From Patescibacteria group bacterium (lineage in GTDB: Bacteria > Patescibacteriota > Microgenomatia > UBA1400 > PJMF01): DNA of 64,000 bases. The translations under genes were made by a program, and so were the position numbers. Where the stretch lies: assembly GCA_016861085.1 (NCBI GenBank), contig BOKR01000001.1, forward strand, positions 761,696-825,695, in the 5' to 3' direction. This document shows, one piece after another, positions 39,460-48,383 of this stretch (its first letter is position 1; every line of letters begins with the position of its first letter). The notes beneath the pieces are model-generated. The model did not search any database. It was not told the origin of the DNA and worked only from the letters and a program-made list of their open reading frames with translations.

Positions 39460-40737
39460 CTACTCTTCGTTACCTCTTAAAAGCATTGTATCGACAACCT
39501 TTTTGACTGCGCTCATATAGGTCGCGACACGCGACGTAACTTTGGTATCATTTTTTAATTGCCACATTCTATCAGTGGCTTCGTCCATCAGACCTTTGAG
39601 TCTTTCAAGAACTAATTCTTTTTCCCAATAGTAACCCTGCAAATTTTGTACCCACTCAAAGTAAGAAACCGTTACCCCACCAGCATTTGCCAGAACGTCT
39701 GGAATAACAGTAATACCTTTTTTAGCTAAAATTTCGTCAGCCTCCGGAGTGGTTGGACCATTTGCCATTTCAAGCACTAACTGCGCTTTTACTTTTCCTG
39801 CATTCTCTTTTGTCAAAACATTCTCAAGGGCCGCTGGCACTAATACGTCAACGTCTAGCTCTAATAATTCAGCATTTGTAATCTGCTTGCCTTTGTATGA
39901 GCCAACTGTTCCACCTGCTTCTTTGTGCGCTAATACTTTTTCTGGATCCAAGCCGGCAGCACTATATATTCCGCCCCTTGAGTCTGATAACGCCACAACT
40001 TTATACCCTGCCTTATTGGCAAAGTATGCAAACCAGTACCCAACATTGCCAAACCCTTGCACTGCAATCGTTGCGCCTTTTTTAAGTTTCATCTTCTTGG
40101 CTAAGTTCTCAAATACATAAAACCCACCTAAGCCAGTCGCTTCAGTTCTGCCTTTAGAGCCACCAAGTAATAATGGTTTTCCAGTAAATGTAGCGATTGG
40201 ATTTTCAACCAACGTTTTGTATCGCTTTTTGGCTGCGGTTTCATACTCATCAACCATCCAAGCCATAATTTGCCCATCAGTGTTCACGTCTGGAGCTGGA
40301 ATATCGGTCCAAGGCCCAATGTGAGGTGCAACAAATAGTGCATATGCCCTTGATAAGCGTTGTAACTCTCCCTGTGATAACTTTTTTGGGTCAACAATCA
40401 CACCACCTTTGCCACCACCATAGGGGATCCCTGTGACACTACACTTCCAGGTCATCCATGTAGAAAGTGCCATAACTTCTTCTTTGGTAACATTCTGATG
40501 AAATCGGATTCCACCTTTATAGGGACCAACCGCATTATTATGCTGTGAACGATACGCTTGGAAAGTTTTAACTTTCCCGTCATCCATTCTGATTCTCAGC
40601 TTGCCTTCTATAACTCTGTCCGGAGTCTTTAATTGATCAATTGCAGCATCAAAAGATTCTTTGTCTTCATAACTCTGCCGTAATACTGCAGCTACAGTTT
40701 CAAGTTGTGTAATTGCATTTTGATGAGGATTACTCAT
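39460..40737 (-). CDS. gdhA: NAD(P)-glutamate dehydrogenase
   Basis: Catalytic loop PYGGGKGG. Dinucleotide fold GFGNVGYW. AAGGAG Shine-Dalgarno upstream. Confidence 0.9.
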   Translation of the reverse strand: MSNPHQNAITQLETVAAVLRQSYEDKESFDAAIDQLKTPDRVIEGKLRIRMDDGKVKTFQAYRSQHNNAVGPYKGGIRFHQNVTKEEVMALSTWMTWKCSVTGIPYGGGKGGVIVDPKKLSQGELQRLSRAYALFVAPHIGPWTDIPAPDVNTDGQIMAWMVDEYETAAKKRYKTLVENPIATFTGKPLLLGGSKGRTEATGLGGFYVFENLAKKMKLKKGATIAVQGFGNVGYWFAYFANKAGYKVVALSDSRGGIYSAAGLDPEKVLAHKEAGGTVGSYKGKQITNAELLELDVDVLVPAALENVLTKENAGKVKAQLVLEMANGPTTPEADEILAKKGITVIPDVLANAGGVTVSYFEWVQNLQGYYWEKELVLERLKGLMDEATDRMWQLKNDTKVTSRVATYMSAVKKVVDTMLLRGNEE

Positions 40738-40877
40738 GTATTCTCCTTTACTTGTCTGTATGATGTAAAAATATCATACTTTTTCATACCTTTTCAAGTA
40801 CCACTTTATGTTCCAAAAATCAGGCCGCCAAATATCATGACGAGATACTAGATTTTCATTCAAACTTGTACGAACTA

Positions 40878-41942
40878 TTACTCTTGCGTTTCAAGCCACC
40901 GCTCGGCATCTAGCGCAGCGCTACATCCTTGTCCTGCAGCCGTAATTGCCTGTTTGTAGCGCACATCAACTCCGTCACCAGCTGCAAACACTCCTTCAAC
41001 CGAGGTCATGGTTGGGAATGATACTAAGCCATCCTCTGAAAGAGCTTTACCTGCCAATTCCACACCTTGAATGGTGCCACTTTGTCTGGTTACCACATAC
41101 CCTTTAGTATCCATCTCAACTTGATTAGTGAAGATAAGATTCATAGGTCTGTGGCCAATCGCCATAAAAACTCCCTGTGCATCATATTCTTTTTTCTCAC
41201 CATTCTCGATAACTGAAACTTTTTCTACAGATTTTGTACCCATAATCTGTTCAAGCGTTGTGCTCCAATGGACCGTAATTTTTGGATTATGCAGTACGCG
41301 CTCTTGCATAATTTTGCTTGCTTTAAATGAATCGCGTCTGTGCAAAATATGTACTTCAGTAGCAAATTTTGTGAGAGCCATTGAATCTTCCATAGCAGAA
41401 TCACCACCGCCAACCACAAAGACTTTCTTGTCTTTGAAAAATGCGGCATCACACACAGCACAAGCACTCACGCCTCTTGACCAAAATTCTTGTTCACCAG
41501 GAATTCCAAGGGTAATTGGAGATGCGCCTGTAGCAATAATAACTGCTTTGGCCATGAGTGCAGGCTCAGATTGCTTCACTTTTTGTGTAAAATCTGCAAT
41601 TTCTTCAGGCTTAAGTTTGCCAAATTGTTGTGGATCAAATCCTTCTGGGAAGTTTGTCCAAACCTTAAAAGGACGTTCACTGAAATCAACCGCAGTTATA
41701 TACTCATCTTTGATCACTGTGCCAAACTTTTCTGCTTGGGCACGCATGCCGATCATAAGATCTGGCCCCATGATACCGTTTGGAAAACCAGCAAAATTTT
41801 CAACGTCTGTAGTATTCATGAGTTGCCCACCACTTGCAAAACCACCGTACAAAACGGGGGCTAGTTTTGCTCTCGAATTGTAAATTGCCGCAGAATACCC
41901 CGCCGGACCAGAACCAATAATGACTACAGTTGCAGTTTCCAT
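40878..41942 (-). CDS. trxB: thioredoxin-disulfide reductase
   Basis: Two FAD/NAD Rossmann motifs (IIGSGPAGYSAA, VVGGGDSAME). Redox-active CAVCDA. Confidence 0.9.
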   Translation of the reverse strand: METATVVIIGSGPAGYSAAIYNSRAKLAPVLYGGFASGGQLMNTTDVENFAGFPNGIMGPDLMIGMRAQAEKFGTVIKDEYITAVDFSERPFKVWTNFPEGFDPQQFGKLKPEEIADFTQKVKQSEPALMAKAVIIATGASPITLGIPGEQEFWSRGVSACAVCDAAFFKDKKVFVVGGGDSAMEDSMALTKFATEVHILHRRDSFKASKIMQERVLHNPKITVHWSTTLEQIMGTKSVEKVSVIENGEKKEYDAQGVFMAIGHRPMNLIFTNQVEMDTKGYVVTRQSGTIQGVELAGKALSEDGLVSFPTMTSVEGVFAAGDGVDVRYKQAITAAGQGCSAALDAERWLETQE

Positions 41943-41950
41943 ATATTCCT

Positions 41951-42301
41951 TTATTCTTCCATTGCTCCTTCAAGCATACTTACATATCCTTGTTTGCCTG
42001 CAAAACCAATTTTTCTATCAACTTCTTCACCGTTCACAAAGACTATAACTGTTGGAATTGACATCACTCCGTATGTTGCTGCCAATGAGTTTTCTGCGTC
42101 AACGTCAACTTTTGCGATCACTGCTTTGTCAGCATATTCACCAGCTAATTCCTCGATCACAGGAGCAGCCATCTTGCATGGACCACACCATTCTGCAAAA
42201 AAATCAACTAAAACTGGTTTTTGTCCGGCTGCTTTGAGCGTTTGATCAAAATCAGCTTGGGATAGGTGCAGTGCACCTGGTTTTTGAGCATTGTCTGCCA
42301 T
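41951..42301 (-). CDS. trxA: thioredoxin
   Basis: WCGPCK active site. Start taken at MADNAQ. Confidence 0.85.
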   Translation of the reverse strand: MADNAQKPGALHLSQADFDQTLKAAGQKPVLVDFFAEWCGPCKMAAPVIEELAGEYADKAVIAKVDVDAENSLAATYGVMSIPTVIVFVNGEEVDRKIGFAGKQGYVSMLEGAMEE

Positions 42302-42389
42302 ATATTCTCCTTTTATATTTCCTATTATTACTACTTTTAATTCGCAAATCAAACCAAATGTGTTTTTTTAGGTTTACTAGCTTTCCGTT

Positions 42390-42638
42390 TTAATATCGAA
42401 AAATTTCCTTCAAAATTTCATTCAGTTCATCTGCCTTGCGCTCTTTTGTACATCGAGTTGCTTCACTTGAGAGTAGAGATTTTGCTACGCTGCCCAGTGA
42501 ACTGCGTGCAGCAATTACCTGGCGAACAATATCCACACAAGTTCGCTCATCTTCATACATACTAATGATTCCGTCAATTTGACCGCGAATCCGTTTTAGT
42601 TGGGTTAGGACTGTATCTTTTTTTTCATCATTTTGCAT
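42390..42638 (-). CDS. CsoR/RcnR/CstR-family (DUF156) metal/thiol-sensing transcriptional repressor, 2-Cys type
   Basis: 82 aa, LKRIRGQIDGIISMYEDERTCVDIVRQV...ATRCTKE. Cys34 and Cys63 are spaced 29 residues apart as in CsoR C36/C65. The CsoR His position is Glu, which is CstR-like. Confidence 0.7.
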   Translation of the reverse strand: MQNDEKKDTVLTQLKRIRGQIDGIISMYEDERTCVDIVRQVIAARSSLGSVAKSLLSSEATRCTKERKADELNEILKEIFRY

Positions 42639-42692
42639 ATTGGTTTTTTGTATCAGCGGGATTATATTTTGAGTGGTGTTGATTCCCGCGTT

Positions 42693-42713
42693 CTGTGTTT
42701 TAATATACCCCCA
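42693..42713. promoter_or_regulatory. perfect 10-bp-arm palindrome ATATACCCCC-A-GGGGGTATAT, candidate CsoR-family operator
   Basis: Lies about 55 nt upstream of the repressor start codon. The TACCC...GGGTA architecture is that of known CsoR/RicR operators. Confidence 0.5.
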
Positions 42714-42739
42714 GGGGGTATATTTGTAAAGGGGGAAAT

Positions 42740-44587
42740 TTAGCCAAGTTTCTCTTTTGCATTCAAATCTGCAAGTGCTCTGAGCAACTCATCGTGCTCT
42801 GCTTGTTCTGCTTGGGTGAGATGTTGTTTTTCATCTAAGACTGAGATTGCATCAATCAATGTTTTTTTCTCATCTACAATTGTAAGTTTTTTGAGTTTTT
42901 TGATGCTCCCAAGCCATTCAGTTTGTAAGTCAATCTCTTCTATACCGGAAATAAATTCTTGGTTGGCATGTATTTCAAATAGAGTTTCTTGAATATCAGC
43001 TGGAAGTGACGCAGCAAACTTTTTAAGCTCAAATACACCTTGATGCTCGTCTAGAGCTCTCAGAATTTGTTTTAATCCAGGAGTTACAAACACAATCTCA
43101 TTGCTATGCAAACTACGCACGTGTTCAAAAATTTGCGTATTTTCAGTTTGAAACAACAAAAACATAACGTACTTTTCTAGCCGTTCTCTAGCTGTTTCTT
43201 TCTGCGGAGTTTGAGCAGTTTTTGGCTCGGTTGCGGTCGTATTTGTCGTACTCATTTTAGAACTTGCGTTAACCCCACCAATCCTTTTTTTATTCTTAAA
43301 TTGTGCAATATCCGCCTTGACACTCTCTAGTTTTACACCCAATTTTTCTGCAATTTCGCGGCTATAATGTTCAAGTTCAACTGCATGTTCAATTTCTGAT
43401 AGCACAGGCAGCAATTCGCGCATTATTGCTTTCTTGCCCTCTGGTGTTTCATGGTTATGTTGTTGAAACGCCACTTTAATCAAAAATTCATGTGCAGTGA
43501 CTGATTGTTTTACAGCCTCACGCCATAGTTTTGGATCTGTTTTGATTAATTCATCAGGGTCTTTACCACCTGGAATAATAATGACTCGCAATTCAAGTTC
43601 GGTTAATTTGAGCGCATCAATAGCTTTTTTTGTAGCCGCCACACCTGCACTATCAGTGTCAAGCGAAAGTAACACTTTTGTAACCGTTCTTTCTAACAGT
43701 TTAGCGTGATCTTGCGTCAGGGCTGAACCTTTAATAGCCACAATCGAATTCATGTGGGCTTGCGTTGAAGAAACCACATCAAATTCACCCTCAACAACGA
43801 CAACAAATCCTGCCTTGCGAATTTCTTGGTAAAGTTCAGAAAACCCAAAGAGCATTTTGCTTTTGTGATACAACATTGTTTCTGGAGAGTTAATGTACTT
43901 AGCATCTTTTTCATCTCCAAGAATTTTTCGACCAGAAAATCCGACCACTCTACCTCTGTGATCTTTGAGAGGAAAAATGATTCGGCCGCGAAACCGGTCA
44001 TAGTATTTACCGTTTCTGCCTTGAATGATCAAACCTGCTTGTTCTAACAACAGCAAACTGTATTTTTTCTTCTTATGTAAAAAGGTAAGCAAGCCTTCCC
44101 ATTGGTCAAGAGCATAGCCCATTTGGAACAAGTTGATAGATTCTTTAGTAACTCTTCGCTCTTTGAGATATTCACGGGCTACTTCTCCTGCTTTATGTTC
44201 TGTCAATAAATAGTGATAGTACTGCTTTGCTAGGCTTAACACCTCTAGAATCTGCTCACGAACGGTATCGTCTTTTGATTTTGTGAATTTTTGCAGTGTA
44301 ATTCCAGCCCGATTTGCAAGTTCTTCTAAAGCCTCGCTAAAGCTCATGCCCTCATATTTTTCTAAAAAAGTAATAACATCACCTGACTCACCACAACCAA
44401 AACATTTGTAACGCTGGAGTGCGTCGTCGACAAAAAAAGAAGGACTTCTCTCTGAATGAAATGGACAATTGGCTTTAAAATATTTTCCTGATCGCTGCAA
44501 ACTCACCTTGGCACCGATGACAGAAACAATATCAGTTGCTTCCTTGACCTCTTGTACTTGCGACATAATTACCCTAATTTTAACCAA
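42740..44587 (-). CDS. dnaG: DNA primase
   Basis: Zinc ribbon CPFHSERSPSF...CFGCGESGD. TOPRIM EGEFD...DTD. C-terminal helical domain. Confidence 0.9.
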   Translation of the reverse strand: MVKIRVIMSQVQEVKEATDIVSVIGAKVSLQRSGKYFKANCPFHSERSPSFFVDDALQRYKCFGCGESGDVITFLEKYEGMSFSEALEELANRAGITLQKFTKSKDDTVREQILEVLSLAKQYYHYLLTEHKAGEVAREYLKERRVTKESINLFQMGYALDQWEGLLTFLHKKKKYSLLLLEQAGLIIQGRNGKYYDRFRGRIIFPLKDHRGRVVGFSGRKILGDEKDAKYINSPETMLYHKSKMLFGFSELYQEIRKAGFVVVVEGEFDVVSSTQAHMNSIVAIKGSALTQDHAKLLERTVTKVLLSLDTDSAGVAATKKAIDALKLTELELRVIIIPGGKDPDELIKTDPKLWREAVKQSVTAHEFLIKVAFQQHNHETPEGKKAIMRELLPVLSEIEHAVELEHYSREIAEKLGVKLESVKADIAQFKNKKRIGGVNASSKMSTTNTTATEPKTAQTPQKETARERLEKYVMFLLFQTENTQIFEHVRSLHSNEIVFVTPGLKQILRALDEHQGVFELKKFAASLPADIQETLFEIHANQEFISGIEEIDLQTEWLGSIKKLKKLTIVDEKKTLIDAISVLDEKQHLTQAEQAEHDELLRALADLNAKEKLG

Positions 44588-44605
44588 AACTTTTGAAATT
44601 TAGTA

Positions 44606-46273
44606 GTGGGAGTTGATCTGGCGACATTGTATAGTATAACCGTGACAAAAACGCACTTAAAATTATTTTGGCCGATCATCTTGTTGTTGCTCTACTTTAG
44701 CTCTTTTTATTTGGTATACATTAACTTATTCAATTCTGATATTGGCCGGCATATTGCCAATGGACGAGTGATATGGGACAACCTTAAATCTGGTTCATTA
44801 CATTCTCCTGCGAGTGTTTTAACCACAAACTTTTATTCATTTACACAGACAGACTTTCCAACTATTAACCATCATTGGTTCTTTGGAATTTTTGCTTATT
44901 TTCTGCACATAGTTGGAGGGTTTGAATTATTAACATGGTTTAATTGGCTACTAAATACTGCAGCGTTTGCTTTGATTCTGGCCACGGCAATAGCCACTTT
45001 GCAACAAAAAAGTAAGGTTGGAATTGTGTTTGTTGCAATAATTGGTTTTTTTCTAATGCCGTTGTTGACACATCGAGATGAAGTAAGACCTGAATCAATC
45101 AGTTTACTGTTTTTTTCATTGTATTATTTCTTGTTTAGTAGTGGCCTCATTCTGAAAAAGAAGTGGCTGTTTGCAATCATACTTGGGATTCAAATCATTT
45201 GGGTAAATAGTCACTTATTTTTTATTTTGGGACCATTGTTGGCTGGGTATTTTTTATTCGAAAGAGTTTTAACTCTCCTGTTTGGAAACAGTAAAAACAG
45301 AGTAAGACTACTTTTTACTGACAAAAAAATACGACTTTGGTTTGCTCTCACTTTTGGATTATTTGCTGTGAGCATTGTCAACCCAAATGGACTTGCCGGT
45401 GCACTTGCACCACTACAAATTTTCAACAACTATGCATACAGAGTGGCAGAAAATCAATCAACTTTTTTTATGATCAAGTATGGAGCCAATGTGTTGTTGT
45501 ATTCATATTTTATAGCAATCAGCTTTATAGCTTTATTGCTGACACTTTGCACTCTAAGAAATAAAGAAGTACCTCTAGGAAAAAGAATTGCACAATTGCT
45601 TTTATTGACACCATTTATTTTTCTCGCCAATAAGATAAATAGAATGTCACCCTTTTTTGCAGTTCTTGTAATTCCATTTATCGTGCAGGTTTGCCATAAA
45701 TTTATCAACCACCTCTATGAAAAACACAAACAAAAATTTCAAGATTCTATTTTTATTATGGGAGGTTCAACTGTAACCTGTATTGTTCTGATACTTGTAC
45801 TTAAACTTGGATTTTTTGTTCCTCACATTTCAATGATAGGCGCTGGAGTACTTTCTGATACGTACATCCCCGCACATTTTTTTTTAGAAAATAATTTGCA
45901 TGGTCCAGTTTTTAATAATTATGACATTGGAGGGTACCTTGCATACAATCTTTTTCCAAAAGAAAAATTATTTTTAGATAACCGACCTGAGGCCTATGCA
46001 GGTGAATTTTTAACAGACGAATATTTAGCAGCACTCAAAGATGAAGCTGTGTGGAAAAGTCTTGTGCAAAAATATCAACTAAATGTCATTTTTTTCTTGA
46101 GGCATGACCAAATTGATGGCGCTCAACAATTTTTGTACAACCGAGTGACTGATCCGGAATGGGTGCCAGTATTTGTTGATGATTTTGTGTTAATTTTAGT
46201 CAAAAACTCTGAACAAAATAAATCAGTTATAGATAGATACAAACTTCCCCAAGAATTGTTTGTGATGAGATAG
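44606..46273 (+). CDS. large polytopic membrane protein (possible GT-C-type glycosyltransferase)
   Basis: Twelve or more TM helices plus a C-terminal soluble domain. Confidence 0.45.
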   Translation: MGVDLATLYSITVTKTHLKLFWPIILLLLYFSSFYLVYINLFNSDIGRHIANGRVIWDNLKSGSLHSPASVLTTNFYSFTQTDFPTINHHWFFGIFAYFLHIVGGFELLTWFNWLLNTAAFALILATAIATLQQKSKVGIVFVAIIGFFLMPLLTHRDEVRPESISLLFFSLYYFLFSSGLILKKKWLFAIILGIQIIWVNSHLFFILGPLLAGYFLFERVLTLLFGNSKNRVRLLFTDKKIRLWFALTFGLFAVSIVNPNGLAGALAPLQIFNNYAYRVAENQSTFFMIKYGANVLLYSYFIAISFIALLLTLCTLRNKEVPLGKRIAQLLLLTPFIFLANKINRMSPFFAVLVIPFIVQVCHKFINHLYEKHKQKFQDSIFIMGGSTVTCIVLILVLKLGFFVPHISMIGAGVLSDTYIPAHFFLENNLHGPVFNNYDIGGYLAYNLFPKEKLFLDNRPEAYAGEFLTDEYLAALKDEAVWKSLVQKYQLNVIFFLRHDQIDGAQQFLYNRVTDPEWVPVFVDDFVLILVKNSEQNKSVIDRYKLPQELFVMR

Positions 46274-46313
46274 GTTACAGTTTACGTAAGTTTTCAGCGT
46301 TATATTTGGTTTT

Positions 46314-46688
46314 ATGATAGTCAAACCAAATGATGTGCTTTCTAAAATAGAAACTGAGAGAAATGGCACGCAAAATATTTCTTGTATCTTTTTTTTAAAC
46401 GAACAGAAAGAAATTCTCAGTATCCATCGACAAATTTTTTTTGAAACAGCACAATTAAAAGTAAGTGATATTTTTATTCCGGCTTTTTATCTTTCGGCAA
46501 AAAACATTGTTCTTGTATATATAAAAAATAAAGAAAAAACTGTGTTACCAACTTTGTATGAAATCAATTTTACAAAAAAAATAATGACTGCAGGAAAATT
46601 TTTGAATGTTCAACTACTAGACCATTTAATCGTAACAAAAAATGAGTATTACTCCTTTCATAAAAGTAAGGTTATTTCACCCTTTTGA
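46314..46688 (+). CDS. RadC-like JAB/MPN-domain protein with degenerate metal site
   Basis: C-terminal ...AGKFLNVQLLDHLIVTKNEYYSF matches the RadC tail, but the HNHPSG motif is replaced by YIKNKEK. Confidence 0.45.
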   Translation: MIVKPNDVLSKIETERNGTQNISCIFFLNEQKEILSIHRQIFFETAQLKVSDIFIPAFYLSAKNIVLVYIKNKEKTVLPTLYEINFTKKIMTAGKFLNVQLLDHLIVTKNEYYSFHKSKVISPF

Positions 46689-48375
46689 AGAGTTGATCTA
46701 AATACATAACATCCAACTCCACTTCAACTGGCCTACCATGTGGACAAGTATACTTTCCTTCAGTTTGCTGCAATTTTTCTAGCAAACGTTTTCTTTGTTT
46801 TGGAGTCAATTTCTCTCCGGATTTGATTGCGGTTCTACATGCAAGGTATGCCAGAGTCCGATGCGTTCCAACATCCAGCTCTTTAGGATTTTTGTTCTCA
46901 ACACTATCATGTAAAATTTCTTGAATTAATCTTTTGATGTTTCTTGTTTTAAAGACCTTTGGAATTTGTTTCACTAAAAAATTAGTTTGATCTTTTTTTT
47001 TCTGACTTATTTCTTCTGTAATAACGAATCCCAATTTACTAAACACGGCAAGTTCCGTTTTTAAAAATTCTGCCTCTGCAACTGGGAGTTCAACTCTAAT
47101 CGGTTCCGATAAAACAATTGCATCATTTCTTTCTTTTTCAAATTTTTCTAAGAATTCTTGATACAAAATTCTTTCGTGGGCTGCATGTTGATCCACAATT
47201 AAAACACCACGCTTTGTTTGTGTTACCAAATACAAATTATGTATTTGTAAAACTTCAGCTCCAGTAGCAAGTTCAACATCTTTAATATTCCATCCATCGC
47301 CTGATTCTTTTACCAATTTTGCAATACCAGGATCCATTAAAAACTCATCATAAAATCCATTATTGCCACGCTGTTCGTACGTTAAATTTGCCTGTTCAAG
47401 TACAGATCTAATTGCACTGTTTAGTTCTTTTATAATTTCAGTTTCTATCAAAAATTTTATCCTTGTTTTTTGAGGGTCAACATTAATATCTATCAATTCT
47501 GGGTTCAAGTGTATGTTAAATAAAAAAGCGGGATAGCTTCTGGGTTCTAGCAAAGTTGAAAAAGTTTCTTTAACAATCTGGGAAATCTCTTTACTCAGCA
47601 CACTTCTCTTATTTACAAATAAAAACTGCCTCAGCTGTGATTGTGTACCAATTTGTGGCTTGCCCACAAAACCAGATAGAAAAAAATGGTCAGACTGTAT
47701 GCTAAGTGGTAATAGATTTTCGGCAATATGATCAGAGAGTAGGTGTGCCACTCGCTCCAGGATAGTTTGATCGGACGGAAGTTCCAAAACAATTTTTTTG
47801 TTATGACTTACAGTAAAACTAATCTGAGGATTTGCGAGTGCGATCTCAGTAATCACTTGCAAACAATGTGCTAATTCAGTAGTGTCAGATTTTAGAAATT
47901 TTTTGCGAGCGGGAATAACTGCAAACAATCCAGAAACTGTAACTCTAGTTCCCGTAGGCATTCCAACCGAACCAGTTTTTGTAATTATCCCACGTTCAAC
48001 TTCAATATATTTTCCGGCGAGAGATCCTGGGAGTTTAGATTCAATTCTAACCTGTGCAACAGCACACATACTCGAAAGCGCTTCACCTCTAAACCCAAAT
48101 GTCTGAATTGCGAGTAAGTCAGAAATATCAGAAATTTTACTGGTGGCGTGATGCAAAAAACACAAAGAGAGATCTTCTTGTGACATCCCAATTCCATCAT
48201 CTACAACCACAATTTTCTTTTTTCCAGCTGATTCAAGCTCAATGCGTATATGTTTTGCACCGGCGTCCAGTGAGTTTTCAATGAGTTCTTTCACCACACT
48301 CGCTGGACGCTCAACTACTTGCCCTGCTGCAATTCTCGCAATTAGTTCCTGTGGTAGTTTTTGTATCTGTGCCAT
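46672..48375 (-). CDS. mutL: DNA mismatch repair protein MutL
   Basis: GHKL ATPase N-terminus (VVKELIENSLDAGA, VDDGIGM, GFRGEALSS). C-terminal dimerisation domain. Confidence 0.9.
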   Translation of the reverse strand: MAQIQKLPQELIARIAAGQVVERPASVVKELIENSLDAGAKHIRIELESAGKKKIVVVDDGIGMSQEDLSLCFLHHATSKISDISDLLAIQTFGFRGEALSSMCAVAQVRIESKLPGSLAGKYIEVERGIITKTGSVGMPTGTRVTVSGLFAVIPARKKFLKSDTTELAHCLQVITEIALANPQISFTVSHNKKIVLELPSDQTILERVAHLLSDHIAENLLPLSIQSDHFFLSGFVGKPQIGTQSQLRQFLFVNKRSVLSKEISQIVKETFSTLLEPRSYPAFLFNIHLNPELIDINVDPQKTRIKFLIETEIIKELNSAIRSVLEQANLTYEQRGNNGFYDEFLMDPGIAKLVKESGDGWNIKDVELATGAEVLQIHNLYLVTQTKRGVLIVDQHAAHERILYQEFLEKFEKERNDAIVLSEPIRVELPVAEAEFLKTELAVFSKLGFVITEEISQKKKDQTNFLVKQIPKVFKTRNIKRLIQEILHDSVENKNPKELDVGTHRTLAYLACRTAIKSGEKLTPKQRKRLLEKLQQTEGKYTCPHGRPVEVELDVMYLDQLFKRVK

Positions 48376-48383
48376 ATGTTTTT

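Noticed and set aside
41128-41883. 251-aa plus-strand ORF antisense to trxB
   Set aside because: trxB on the minus strand has all conserved motifs, and the antisense ORF has none.
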